NCBI GenBank assembly: GCA_964016885.1
Contig: OZ024740.1
Location: 434,930,001-434,994,000, forward strand
Length of the DNA: 64,000 bases
Source of the DNA: Eledone cirrhosa
Lineage: Eukaryota
Reading direction: 5' to 3'
Positions 1 to 12,950 of the stretch are shown here, in pieces (the stretch's first letter is position 1; each line of letters begins with the position of its first letter). The notes under the pieces were generated by a model that did not search any database, was not told where the DNA came from, and saw nothing but the letters and a program-made list of their open reading frames with translations. The translations under genes were made by a program, and so were the position numbers.

Positions 1-3000
1 GGTGGCACTGTGGGTAACTGTTTTAATGGAACCAACTGAGGTATATGATAAGTGGCGCTGTAGGTAAATGTTTTAATAGAACCAACTCAGGTATATGATA
101 GGTGGCGCTGTGGGAAACTGTTTTAATGGAACCAACTGAAGTATATGATAGATGGCGCTGTGGGAAACTGTTTTAATGGAACCAAATGAAGTATATGATA
201 GGTGGCACTGTGGGTAACTGTTTTAATGGAACCAACTGAGGTATATGATAAGTGGCGCTGTAGGTAAATGTTTTAATAGAACCAACTCAGGTATATGATA
301 GGTGGCGCTGTGGGAAACTGTTTTAATAGAACCAACTGAAGTATATGATAGGTGGCGCTGTGGGTAACTGTTTTAATAGAACCAACTGAAGTATATGATA
401 GGTGGCACTGTGGGAAACTGTTTTAATGGAACCAACTGAAGTATATGATAGGTGGCGCTGTGAGTAACTGTTTTAATGGAACCAACTGAAGTATATGATA
501 GGTGGCGCTGTGAGTAACTGTTTTAATAGAACTAACTGAAGTATATGATAGGTGGCACTGTGGGAAACTATTTTAATGGAACCAACTGAAGTATATGATA
601 CGTGGCACTGTGGGAAACTGTTTTAATAGAACCAACTCAGGTATATGATAGGTGGCGCTGTGGGAAACTGTTTTAATAGAACCAACTGATGTATATGATA
701 GGTGGCGCTGTGGGTAAATGTTTTAATAGAACCAACTCAGGTATATGATAGGTGGCGCTGTGGGAAACTGTTTTAATAGAACCAACTGAAGTATATGATA
801 GGTGGTGCTGTGGGTAACTGTTTTAATAGAACCAACTGAAGTATATTATAGGTGGCGCTGTGGGTAACTGTTTTAATAGAACCAACTGAAGTATATGATA
901 GGTGGCACTGTGGGAAACTGTTTTAATGGAACCAACTGAAGTATATGATAGGTGGCGCTGTGGGTAACTGTTTTAATAGAACTAACTGAAGTATATGATA
1001 GGTGGCACTGTGGGAAACTGTTTTAATGCAACCAACAGAAGTATATGATAGGTGGCGCTGTGGGAAACTATTTTAATGGAACTAACTGAAGTATATGGTA
1101 GGTGGCGCTGTGGGAAACTGTTTTAATAGAACCAACTGAAGTATATGATAGGTGGCGCTGTGGGTAACTGTTTTAATAGAACAAACTGAAGTATATGATA
1201 GGTGGCGCTGTGGGTAACTGTTTTAATAGAACCAACTCAGGTATATGATAGGTGGCGCTGTGCGTAATTGTTTTAATGGAACCAACTGAAATATATGATA
1301 GGTGGCACTGTGGGAAACTGTTTTAATGGAACAAACTGAAGTATATGATAGGTGGCACTGTGGGAAACTGTTTTCATGGAACTAACTGAAGTATATGATA
1401 GGTGGCACTGTGGGTAACTGTTTTAATAGAACCAACTCAGGTATATGATATGTGGCACTGTGGATAACTGTTTTAATGGAACCAACTGAATAATATGATA
1501 GATGGCGCTGTGGGAAATTGTTTTAATGGAACCAACTCAAGTATATGATAGGTGGCACTGTGGGTAACTGTTTTAATGGAACCAACTCAAGTATATGATA
1601 GGTGGCTCTGTGGGTAACTGTTTTAATGGAACCAACTGAAGTATATGATAGGTGGCGCTGTGGGAAACTGTTTTAATGGAACCAACTGAAGTATATGATA
1701 GGTGGCGCTGTGGGAAACTGTTTTAATGAAACCAACTGAAGTATATGATACGTGGCACTGTGGGAAACTGTTTTAATAGAACCAACGCAGGTATATGATA
1801 GGTGGCGCTGTGGGAAACTGTTTTAATAGAACCAACTCAGGTATATGATAGGTAGCGCTGTGGGAAACTGTTTTAATAGAACCAACTGAAGTATATGATA
1901 GGTGGCGCTTTGGGAAACTGTTTTAATAGAACCAACTGAAGTATATGATAGGTGGCGCTGTGGGAAACTGTTTTAATAGAACCAACTGAAGTATATGATA
2001 GATGGCGCTGTGGGAAACTGTTTTAATAGAACCAACTGAAGTATATGATAGGTGGCGCTGTGGGAAACTGTTTTAATGGAACCAACTGAAGTATACAATA
2101 CGTGGCGCTGTGGGAAACTGTTTTAATGGAACCAACTGAAGTATATGATAGGTGGCGCTGTGGGAAACTGTTTTAATGGAACCAACTGAAGTATATGATA
2201 GGTGGCGCTGTGGGAAACAGTTTTAATAGAACCAACTCAGGTATATGATAGGTGGCGCTGTGGGAAACTGTTTTAATAGAACCAACTGAAGTATATGATA
2301 GGTGGTGCTGTGGGAAACAGTTTTAATGGAACCAACTGAAGTATATGATAGGTGGCACTGTGGGTAACTCTTTTAATGGAACCAACTCAGGTATATGATA
2401 GGTGGCGCTGTGGGAAACTGTTTTAATGGAACCAACTGAAGTATATGATAGGTAGCACTGTGGGAAATTGTTTCTATGGAACCAACTCAAGTATATGATA
2501 GGTGGCACTGTGGGTAACTGTTTTAATGGAACCAACTCAAGTATATTATAGGTGGCACTGTGGGTAACTGTTTTAATGGAACCAACTGAAGTATATGATA
2601 GGTGGCGCTGTGGGAAACTGTTTTAATGGAACCAACTGAAGTATATGATAGGTGGAGCTGTGGGAAACTGTTTTAATGAAACCAACTGAAGTATATGATA
2701 CGTGGCACTGTGGGAAACTGTTTTAATGGAACCAACTGAAGTATATGATACGTGGCACTGTGGGAAACTGTTTTAATGGAACTAACTGAAGTATACAATA
2801 GGTGGCACTGTGGGAAACTGTTTTAATGGAACTAACTGAAGTATATGATAGGTGGCACTGTGGGTAACTGTTTTAATGGAACCAACTGAAGTATATGATA
2901 GGTGGGGCTGTGGGAAACTGTTTTAATGGAACTAACTGAAGTATATGATAGGTGGCACTGTGGGTAACTGTTTTAATGGAACCAACTCAAGTATATTATA

Positions 3001-3374
3001 GGTGGCACTGTGGGTAACTGTTTTAATGGAACCAACTGAAGTATATGATAGATGGCGCTGTGGGAAATTGTTTTAATGAAACCAACTGAAGTATATGATA
3101 GGTGGCGCTGTGGGAAACTGTTTTAATGGAACCAACTGAAGTATATGATACGTGGCACTGTGGGAAACTGTTTAAATAGAACCAAGTGAAGTATATGATA
3201 GGTGGCGCTGTGGGTAACTGTTTTAATAGAACCAACTCAGGTATATGATAGGTGGCGCTGTGGGAAACTGTTTTAATGGAACCAACTCAGGTATATGATA
3301 GGTGGTACTGTGCGTAATTGTTTTAATGGAACCAACTGAAGTATATGATAGGTGGCGCTGTGGGAAACTGTTTT

Positions 3375-3940
3375 CATCATCATCATCATCATCACCGTTT
3401 TACGTCCGTTCTTCCACGTTAGCATGGGTTAGACGGGTTGTCCTGTTGTGGGCAGTGTCTGGTCGGCTGACCATGCCTTGCTCATACAGGAACTGATCTG
3501 GCTTGATTTCTACAGCTGGATGCCCTTCCTAACACCAACCTCATTTACAGTGTGGGCTGGGTGCTTTTTTGCCGTGGCACCTCCACGACCACCTTGCGGT
3601 GGGGGGGTGTGGGGGCATATTGTTTATATGCTTCAGCATGTACCCATGGGAGGTCGGGTACCCTGTATTACTGCGTGATGCCAGAAGTCACGGTCGTGTG
3701 TCATTGACTTTGAGAGGTGTAGTTGGGTAAGGTCGGCTTTTATCACCTCATCCCAAGTCATCTTGGGTCTCCCCACTCCGCGGTTTCCATCAACTTCTAG
3801 TGCTCTGCACCTTTTTATGCAGCTGTCATCCTTCATACGCATCACATGTCCGTACCAGCGTAACCGCCTCTCCTGCACGCAGCATTTGATTCCTCTTATG
3901 CTCAGTCTCTCTCTCAATTCCTTTATGCTTTGTCGTTCAT
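3375..3940 (-). mobile_element. 5'-truncated RTE-clade non-LTR retrotransposon (LINE) 3' fragment, copy 1 (566 bp)
   Basis: The - strand frame is open from the junction (NERQSIKELRERL...QERRLRWYGHVMRM...GNRGVGRPKMTW...DRDFW), which matches the C-terminal motifs of RTE ORFs. Stop at 3633, then a ~240-nt 3' UTR and a (CAT)6 tail at 3375-3392. TSD TGTTTT at 3369-3374 and 3941-3946. Confidence 0.93.
3633..3940 (-). pseudogene. C-terminal ~100 codons of an RTE retrotransposon endonuclease/reverse-transcriptase ORF (no EN or RT core); the same fragment is in all 8 copies
   Basis: The ORF track calls 3633..3917 from a TTG, but the frame stays open to the insertion junction and hits TAA in the satellite. 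Motifs RRLRWYGHVMR, RGxGRPKxTW and DRxxWR are present. Confidence 0.85.
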
Positions 3941-4646
3941 TGTTTTAATGCAACCAACTGAAGTAGAGTATAGGCAGCGCTGTGGGAAACTGTTTTAATG
4001 GAACCAACTGAAGTATATGATAGGCAGCGCTGTGGGAAACTGTTTTAATGGAACCAACTGAAGTATATGATAGGCAGCGCTGTGGGAAACTGTTTTAATG
4101 GAACTAACTGAATTATATGATATGTGGAACTGTGGATAACTGTTTTAATGGAACCAACTGAAGAATATGATAGATGGCGCTGTGGGAAATTGTTTTAATG
4201 GAACCAACTGAAGTATATGATAGGTGGCACTGTGGGAAACTGTTTTAATAGAACCAACTGAAGTATATGATAGGTGGCGCTGTGGGAAAATGGTTTAATG
4301 GAACCAACTGATGTATATGATAGGTGGCGCTGTGGGTAGCTGTTTTAATAGAACCAACTGAAGTATATGATAGGTGGCGCAGTGGGAAACTGTTTTAATA
4401 GAACCAACTCAGGTATATGATAGGTGGCGCTGTGGGAAACTGTTTTAATGGAACCAACTGAAGTATATGATAGGTGGCACTGTGGGTAACTGTTTTAATG
4501 GAACCAACTGAAGTATATGATAGGTGGCGCTGTGGGAAACTGTTTTAATGGAACCAAGTGAAGTATATGGTAGGTGGCGCTGTGGGAAACTGTTTTAATG
4601 GAACCAACTGAAGTATATGGGAGGTGGCGCTGTGGGAAACTGTTTT

Positions 4647-4655
4647 CATCATCAT
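4647..4655 (-). mobile_element. Tail-only micro-insertion (CAT)3 flanked by a 9-bp duplication AACTGTTTT, copy 1
   Basis: Sequence reads aactgtttt-catcatcat-aactgtttt (4638-4664). The monomer lengthens from 50 to 68 bp. Same site and same triplet as the LINE tail. Confidence 0.7.
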
Positions 4656-7600
4656 AACTGTTTTAATAGAACCAACTCAGGTATATGATAGGTGGCACTG
4701 TGGGTAACTGTTTTAATGGAACCAACTGAAGTATATGATAGGTGGCGCTGTGGGAAACTGTTTTAATGGAACCAACTGAAGTATATGGTAGGTGGCGCTG
4801 TGGGAAACTGTTTTAATGGAACCAACTGAAGTATATGATAGGTAGCACTGTGCGTAATTGTTTTAATGGAACCAACTGAAGTATATGATAGGTGGCGCTG
4901 TGGGAAACTGTTTTAATAGAACTAACTGAAGTATATGATAGGCGGCACTGTGGGAAACTGTTTTAATGGAACCAACTGAAGTATATGATAGGTGGCACTG
5001 TGGGAAACTGTTTTAATAGAACTAACTGAAGTATATGATAGGCGGCACTGTGGGAAACTGTTTTAATGGAACCAACTGAAGTATATGATAGGTGGCACTG
5101 TGGGAAACTGTTTTAATAGAACCAACTGAAGTATATGATAGGTGGCACTGTGGGAAACTGTTTTAATGGAACTAACTGAAGTATATGATAGGTGGCACTG
5201 TGGGAAACTGTTTTAATGGAACCAACTGAAGTATATGATAGGTGGCACTGTGGGTAACGGTTTTAATGCAACCAACTGAAGTATATGATAGGTGGCGCTG
5301 TGGGAAACTGTTTTAATGGAACCAACTGAAGTATATGATAGGTGGCGCTGTGGGAAACTGTTTTAATGGAACCAACTGAAGTATATGATAGGTGGCACTG
5401 TGGGAAACTGTTTTAATAGAACCAACTGAAGTATATGATAGGTGGCACTGTGGGAAACTGTTTTAATGGAACTAACTGAAGTATATGATAGGTGGCACTG
5501 TGGGAAACTGTTTTAATGGAACCAACTGAAGTATATGATAGGTGGCACTGTGGGTAACGGTTTTAATGCAACCAACTGAAGTATATGATAGGTGGCGCTG
5601 TGGGAAACTGTTTTAATGGAGCCAACTGAAGTATATGATAGGTGGCGCTGTGGGAAACTGTTTTAATGGAACCAACTGAAGTATATGATAGGTGGCGCTG
5701 TGGGAAACTGTTTTAATGGAACCAACTGAAGTATATGATAGGTGGCGCTGTGGGAAACGGTTTTAATGCAACCAACTGAAGTATATGATAGGTGGCGCTG
5801 TGGGAAACTGTTTTAATGGAACCAACTGAAGTATATGATAGGTGGCACTGTGGGAAACTGTTTTAATGGAACCAACTGAAGTATATGATAGGTGGCGCTG
5901 TGGGAAACTGTTTTAATGGAACCAACTGAAGTATATGATAGGTGGCGCTGTGGGAAACTGTTTTAATGCAACCAACTGAAGTATATGATAGGTGGCGCTG
6001 TGGGAAACTGTTTTAATGCAACCAACTGAAGTATATGATAGGTGGCGCTGTGGGAAACTGTTTTAATGGAACCAACTGAAGTATATGATAGGTGGCACTG
6101 TGGGTAACGGTTTAAATGCAACCAACTGAAGTATATGATAGGTGGCGCTGTGGGAAACTGTTTTAATGGAACCAACTGAAGTATATGATAGGTGGCGCTG
6201 TGGGAAACGGTTTTAATGCAACCAACTGAAGTATATGATAGGTGGCGCTGTGGGAAACTGTTTTAATGGAACCAACTGAAGTATATGATAGGTGGCGCTG
6301 TGGGAAACTGTTTTAATGGAACCAACTGAAGTATATGATAGGTGGCGCTGTGGAAACTGTTTTAATGCAACCAACTGAAGTATATGATAGGTGGCGCTGT
6401 GGGAAACTGTTTTAATGGAACTAACTGAAGTATATGATAGGTGGCACTGTGGGAAACTGTTTTAATGCAACCAACTGAAGTATATGATAGGTGGCACTGT
6501 GGGAAACTGTTTTAATGGAACTAACTGAAGTATATGATAGGTGGCACTGTGGGAAACTGTTTTAATGCAACCAACTGAAGTATATGATAGGTGGCGCTGT
6601 GGGAAACTGTTTTAATGGAACCAACTGAAGTATATGATAGGTGGCACTGTGGGAAACTGTTTTAATGGAACCAACTGAAATATATGATAGGTGGCGCTGT
6701 GGGAAACTGTTTTAATGGAACCAACTGAAGTATATGATAGGTGGCGCTGTGGGAAACTGTTTTAATGGAACCAACTGAAGTATATGATAGGTGGCGCTGT
6801 GGGAAACTGTTTTAATGCAACCAACTGAAGTATATGATAGGTGGCGCTGTGGGAAACTGTTTTAATGGAACCAACTGAAGTATATGATAGGTGGCACTGT
6901 GGGTAACGGTTTTAATGGAACCAACTGAAGTATATGATAGGTGGCGCTGTGGGAAACTGTTTTAATGGAACCAACTGAAGTATATGATAGGTGGCGCTGT
7001 GGGAAACTGTTTTAATGCAACCAACTGAAGTATATGATAGGCGGCGCTGCGGGAAACTGTTTTAATGGAACCAACTGAAGTATATGATAGGTGGCACTGT
7101 GGGAAACTGTTTTAATGGAACCAACTGATGTATATGATAGGTGGCACTGTGCGTAATTGTTTTAATGGAACCAACTGAAGTATATGATAGGTGGCACTGT
7201 GGGAAACTGTTTTAATGGAACTAACTGAAGTATATGATAGGTGGCACTGTGGGAAACGGTTTTAATGCAACCAACTGAAGTATATGATAGGTGGCACTGT
7301 GGGAAACTGTTTTAATGGAACTAACTGAAGTATATGATAGGTGGCACTGTGGGAAACGGTTTTAATGCAACCAACTGAAGTATATGATAGGTGGCACTGT
7401 GGGAAACTGTTTTAATGGAACTAACTGAAGTATATGATAGGTGGCACTGTGGGAAACTGTTTTAATGCAACCAACTGAAGTATATGATAGGTGGCACTGT
7501 GGGAAACTGTTTTAATGGAACTAACTGAAGTATATGATAGGTGGCACTGTGGGAAACGGTTTTAATGCAACCAACTGAAGTATATGATAGGTGGCACTGT

Positions 7601-9169
7601 GGGAAACGGTTTTAATGGAATTAACTGAAGTATATGATAGGTGGCACTGTGGGAAACTGTTTTAATGCAACCAACTGAAGTATATGATAGGCGGCGCTGC
7701 GGGAAACTGTTTTAATGGAACCAACTGAAGTATATGATAGGTGGCACTGTGGGAAACTGTTTTAATGGAACCAACTGATGTATATGATAGGTGGCACTGT
7801 GGGAAACTGTTTTAATGGAACCAACTCAAGTATATTATAGGTGGCACTGTGGGTAACTGTTTTAATGTAACCAACTGAAGTATATGATAGGTGGCGCTGT
7901 GGGAAACAGTTTTAATGGAACCAACTGAAGTATATGATAGGTGGGGCTGTGGGAAACTGTTTTAATAGAACCAACTCAGGTATATGATAGATGGCGCTGT
8001 GGGAAACTGTTTTAATGGAACCAATTGAAGTATATGGTAGGTGGCGCTGTGGGAAACTGTTTTAATGGAACTAACTCAGGTATATGATAGGTGGCGCTGT
8101 GGGTAACTGTTTTAATAGAACCAACTCAGGTATATGATAGGTGGCGCTGTGGGAAACTGTTTTAATGGAACCAACTGAAGTATATGATAGGTGGCGCTGT
8201 GGGAAACTGTTTTAATAGAACCAACTCAGGTATATGATAGGTGGCACTGTGCGTAACTGTTTTAATGGAACCAACTGAAGTATATGATAGGTGGCGCTGT
8301 GGGAAACTGTTTTAATGCAACCAACTGAAGTATAGTATAGGCAGCGCTGTGGGAAACTGTTTTAATGGAACAAACTGAAGTATATGATATGTGGCACTGT
8401 GGGAAATTGTTTTAATGGAACCAACTGAAGAATATGATAGATGGCGCTGTGGGAAATTGTTTTAATGGAACCAACTGAAGTATATGATAGGTGGCATTGT
8501 GGGAAACTGTTTTAATAGAACCAACTGAAGTATATGATAGGAGGCGCTGTGGGAAACTGTTTTAATGGAACTAACTCAGGTATATGATAGGTGGCGCTGT
8601 GGGTAACTGTTTTAATAGAACCAACTCAGGTATATGATAGGTGGCGCTGTGGGTAAATGTTTTAATGGAACCAACTGAAGTATATGATAGGTGGCGCTGT
8701 GGGTAACTGTTTTAATAGAACCAACTCAGGTATATGATAGGTGGCGCTGTGGGAAACTGTTTTAATAGAACTAACTGAAGTATATGATAGGTGGCACTGT
8801 GCGTAATTGTTTTAATGGAACCAACTGAAGTATATGATAGGTGGCACTGTGGGAAACTGTTTTAATGGAACTAACTGAAGTATATGATAGGTGGCACTGT
8901 GGGAAACTGTTTTAATGGAACTAACTGAAGTATATGATAGGTGGCACTGTGGGAAACTGTTTTAATGGAACTAACTGAAGTATACAATAGGTGGCGCTGT
9001 GGGAAACTGTTTTAATGGAACCAACTGAAGTATATGATAGGTGGCGCTGTGGGAAACTGTTTTAATGGAACCAGCTGAAGTATATGATAGGTGGCACTGT
9101 GGGAAACTGTTTTAATGGAACTAACTGAAGTATACAATAGGTGGCACTGTGGGAAACTGTTTTAATGGA

Positions 9170-12100
9170 ACTAACTGAAGTATATGATAGGTGGCACTGT
9201 GGGTAACTGTTTTAATGGAACCAACTGAAGTATATGATAGATGGCGCTGTGGGAAATTGTTTTAATGGAACCAACTGAAGTATATGATAGGTGGCGCTGT
9301 GGGAAATTGTTTTAATGGAACCAACTGAAGTATATGATAGGTGGCACTGTGGGTAACTGTTCTAATGGAACCAACTGAAGTATATGATAGGTGGCGCTGT
9401 GGGAAACTGTTTTAATGGAACCAACTGATGTATATGATAGGTGGCGCTGTGGGTAACTGTTTTAATAGAACCAACTGAAGTATATGATAGGTGGCGCTGT
9501 GGGAAACTGTTTTAATGGAACCAACTGATGTATATAATAGGTGGCGCTGTGGGAAACTGTTTTAATAGAACCAACTCAGGTATATGATAGGTGGCGCTGT
9601 GGGAAACTGTTTTAATGGAACCAACTGAAGTATATGATAGGTGGCACTGTGGGTAACTGTTTTAATGGAACCAACTGAAGTATATGATAGATGGCGCTGT
9701 GGGTAACTGTTTTAATGCAACCAACTGAAGTATATGATAGGTGGCACTGTGGGAAACTGTTTTAATGGAACTAACTGAAGTATATGATAGGTGGCACTGT
9801 GGGAAACTGTTTTAATGGAACTAACTGAAGTATATGATACGTGGCACTGTGGGAAACTGTTTTAATGGAACTAACTGAAGTATATGATAGGTGGCACTGT
9901 GGGAAACTGTTTTAATGCAACCAACTGAAGTATATGATAGGCGGCGCTGTGGGAAACTGTTTTAATGGAACCAACTGAAGTATATGATAGGTGGCACTGT
10001 GGGAAACTGTTTTAATGCAACCAACTGAAGTATATGATAGGTGGCACTGTGGGAAACTGTTTTAATGGAACTAACTGAAGTATATGATAGGTGGCACTGT
10101 GGGAAACTGTTTTAATGGAACTAACTGAAGTATATGATAGGTGGCACTGTGGGAAACTGTTTTAATGGAACTAACTGAAGTATATGATAGGTGGCGCTGT
10201 GGGAAACTGTTTTAATGGAACCAACTGAAGTATATGATAGGTGGCGTTGTGGGAAACTGTTTTAATAGAACCAACTCAGGTATATGATAGGTGGCACTGT
10301 GCGTAACTGTTTTAATGGAACCAACTGAAGTATATGATAGGTGGCGCTGTGGGAAACTGTTTTAATGCAACCAACTGAAGTAGAGTATAGGCAGCGCTGT
10401 GGGAAACTGTTTTAATGGAACAAACTGAAGTATATGATATGTGGCACTGTGGATAACTGTTTTAATGGAACCAACTGAAGAATATGATAGATGGCGCTGT
10501 GGGAAATTGTTTTAATGGAACCAACTGAAGTATATGATAGGTGGCATTGTGGGAAACTGTTTTAATAGAACCAACTGAAGTATATGATAGGAGGCGCTGT
10601 GGGAAACTGTTTTAATGGAACTAACTCAGGTATATGATAGGTGGCGCTGTGGGTAACTGTTTTAATAGAACCAACTCAGGTATATGATAGGTGGCGCTGT
10701 GGGTAAATGTTTTAATGGAACCAACTGAAGTATATGATAGGTGGCGCTGTGGGTAACTGTTTTAATAGAACCAACTCAGGTATATGATAGGTGGCGCTGT
10801 GGGAAACTGTTTTAATAGAACTAACTGAAGTATATGATAGGTGGCGCTGTGGGTAACTGTTTTAATACAACCAACTCAGGTATATGATAGGTGGTACTGT
10901 GCGTAATTGTTTTAATGGAACCAACTGAAGTATACAATAGGTGGCACTGTGGGAAACTGTTTTAATGGAACAAACTGAAGTATATGATAGGTGGCGCTGT
11001 GGGAAACTGTTTTAATGAAACCAACTGAAGTATATGATACGTGGCACTGTGGGAAACTGTTTTAATAGAACCAAGTGAAGTATATGATAGGTGGGGCTGT
11101 GGGAAACTGTTTTAATAGAACCAACTCAGGTATATGATAGGTGGCGCTGTGGATAAATCTTTTAATAGAACCAACTGAAGCATATGATAGGTGGCGCTGT
11201 GGGAAACTGTTTTAATGGAACCAACTGAAGTATATGGTAGGTGGCGCTGTGGGAAACTGTTTTAATAGAACTAACTGAAGTATATGATAGGTGGCGCTGT
11301 GGGTAACTGTTTTAATACAACCAACTCAGGTATATGATAGGTGGTACTGTGCGTAATTGTTTTAATGGAACCAACTGAAGTATACAATAGGTGGCACTGT
11401 GGGAAACTGTTTTAATGGAACAAACTGAAGTATATGATAGGTGGCGCTGTGGGTAACTGTTTTAATGGAACCAACTGAAGTATATGATAGATGGCGCTGT
11501 GGGAAATTGTTTTAATGGAACTAACTGAAGTATATGATAGGTGGCACTGTGGGTAACTGTTTTAATGGAACTAACTGAAGTATATGATAGGTGGCACTGT
11601 GGGTAACTGTTTTAATGGAACCAACTGAAGTATATGATAGATGGCGCTGTGGGAAATTGTTTTAATGGAACCAACTGAAGTATATGATAGGTGGCGCTGT
11701 GGGAAATTGTTTTAATGGAACCAACTGAAGTATATGATAGGTGGCACTGTGGGTAACTGTTCTAATGGAACCAACTGAAGTATATGATAGGTGGCGCTGT
11801 GGGAAACTGTTTTAATGGAACCAACTGATGTATATGATAGGTGGCGCTGTGGGTAACTGTTTTAATAGAACCAACTGAAGTATATGATAGGTGGCGCTGT
11901 GGGAAACTGTTTTAATGGAACCAACTGATGTATATGATAGGTGGCGCTGTGGGAAACTGTTTTAATAGAACCAACTCAGGTATATGATAGGTGGCGCTGT
12001 GGGAAACTGTTTTAATGGAACCAACTGAAGTATATGATAGGTGGCACTGTGGGTAACTGTTTTAATGGAACCAACTGAAGTATATGATAGATGGCGCTGT

Positions 12101-12950
12101 GGGTAACTGTTTTAATGCAACCAACTGAAGTATATGATAGGTGGCACTGTGGGAAACTGTTTTAATGGAACTAACTGAAGTATATGATAGGTGGCACTGT
12201 GGGAAACTGTTTTAATGGAACTAACTGAAGTATATGATACGTGGCACTGTGGGAAACTGTTTTAATGGAACTAACTGAAGTATATGATAGGTGGCACTGT
12301 GGGAAACTGTTTTAATGCAACCAACTCAAGTATATGATAGGCGGCGCTGTGGGAAACTGTTTTAATGGAACCAACTGAAGTATATGATAGGTGGCACTGT
12401 GGGAAACTGTTTTAATGCAACCAACTGAAGTATATGATAGGTGGCACTGTGGGAAACTGTTTTAATGGAACTAACTGAAGTATATGATAGGTGGCACTGT
12501 GGGAAACTGTTTTAATGGAACTAACTGAAGTATATGATAGGTGGCACTGTGGGAAACTGTTTTAATGGAACTAACTGAAGTATATGATAGGTGGCGCTGT
12601 GGGAAACTGTTTTAATGGAACCAACTGAAGTATATGATAGGTGGCGCTGTGGGAAACTGTTTTAATAGAACCAACTCAGGTATATGATAGGTGGCACTGT
12701 GCGTAACTGTTTTAATGGAACCAACTGAAGTATATGATAGGTGGCGCTGTGGGAAACTGTTTTAATGCAACCAACTGAAGTAGAGTATAGGCAGCGCTGT
12801 GGGAAACTGTTTTAATGGAACAAACTGAAGTATATGATATGTGGCACTGTGGATAACTGTTTTAATGGAACCAACTGAAGAATATGATAGATGGCGCTGT
12901 GGGAAATTGTTTTAATGGAACCAACTGAAGTATATGATAGGTGGCATTGT
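9170..12950. repeat. Segmental duplication within the array, period 2400 bp (48 monomers)
   Basis: Rare variants recur exactly 2400 apart: tctaatggaa 9361/11761, gatacgtgg 9836/12236, tagagtatag 10381/12781. Boundaries approximate. Confidence 0.8.

Noticed and set aside
6-12. CACTGTG = V(D)J RSS heptamer (CACAGTG on the - strand) or a Transib-like terminus in many monomers
   Set aside because: No nonamer lies at 12 or 23 bp; the nearest A-rich word ATTAAAACA is 28 bp away. About half the monomers have CGCTGTG, and there is no inverted partner or transposase.
3302-3948. + strand ORFs of 61-93 aa overlapping each LINE copy (poly-Ser, MGSVWS..., MGLPTP...)
   Set aside because: They are antisense to the RTE ORF/UTR. 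The poly-Ser is just the (TCA)n tail, and one ORF is frameshifted in copy 1.
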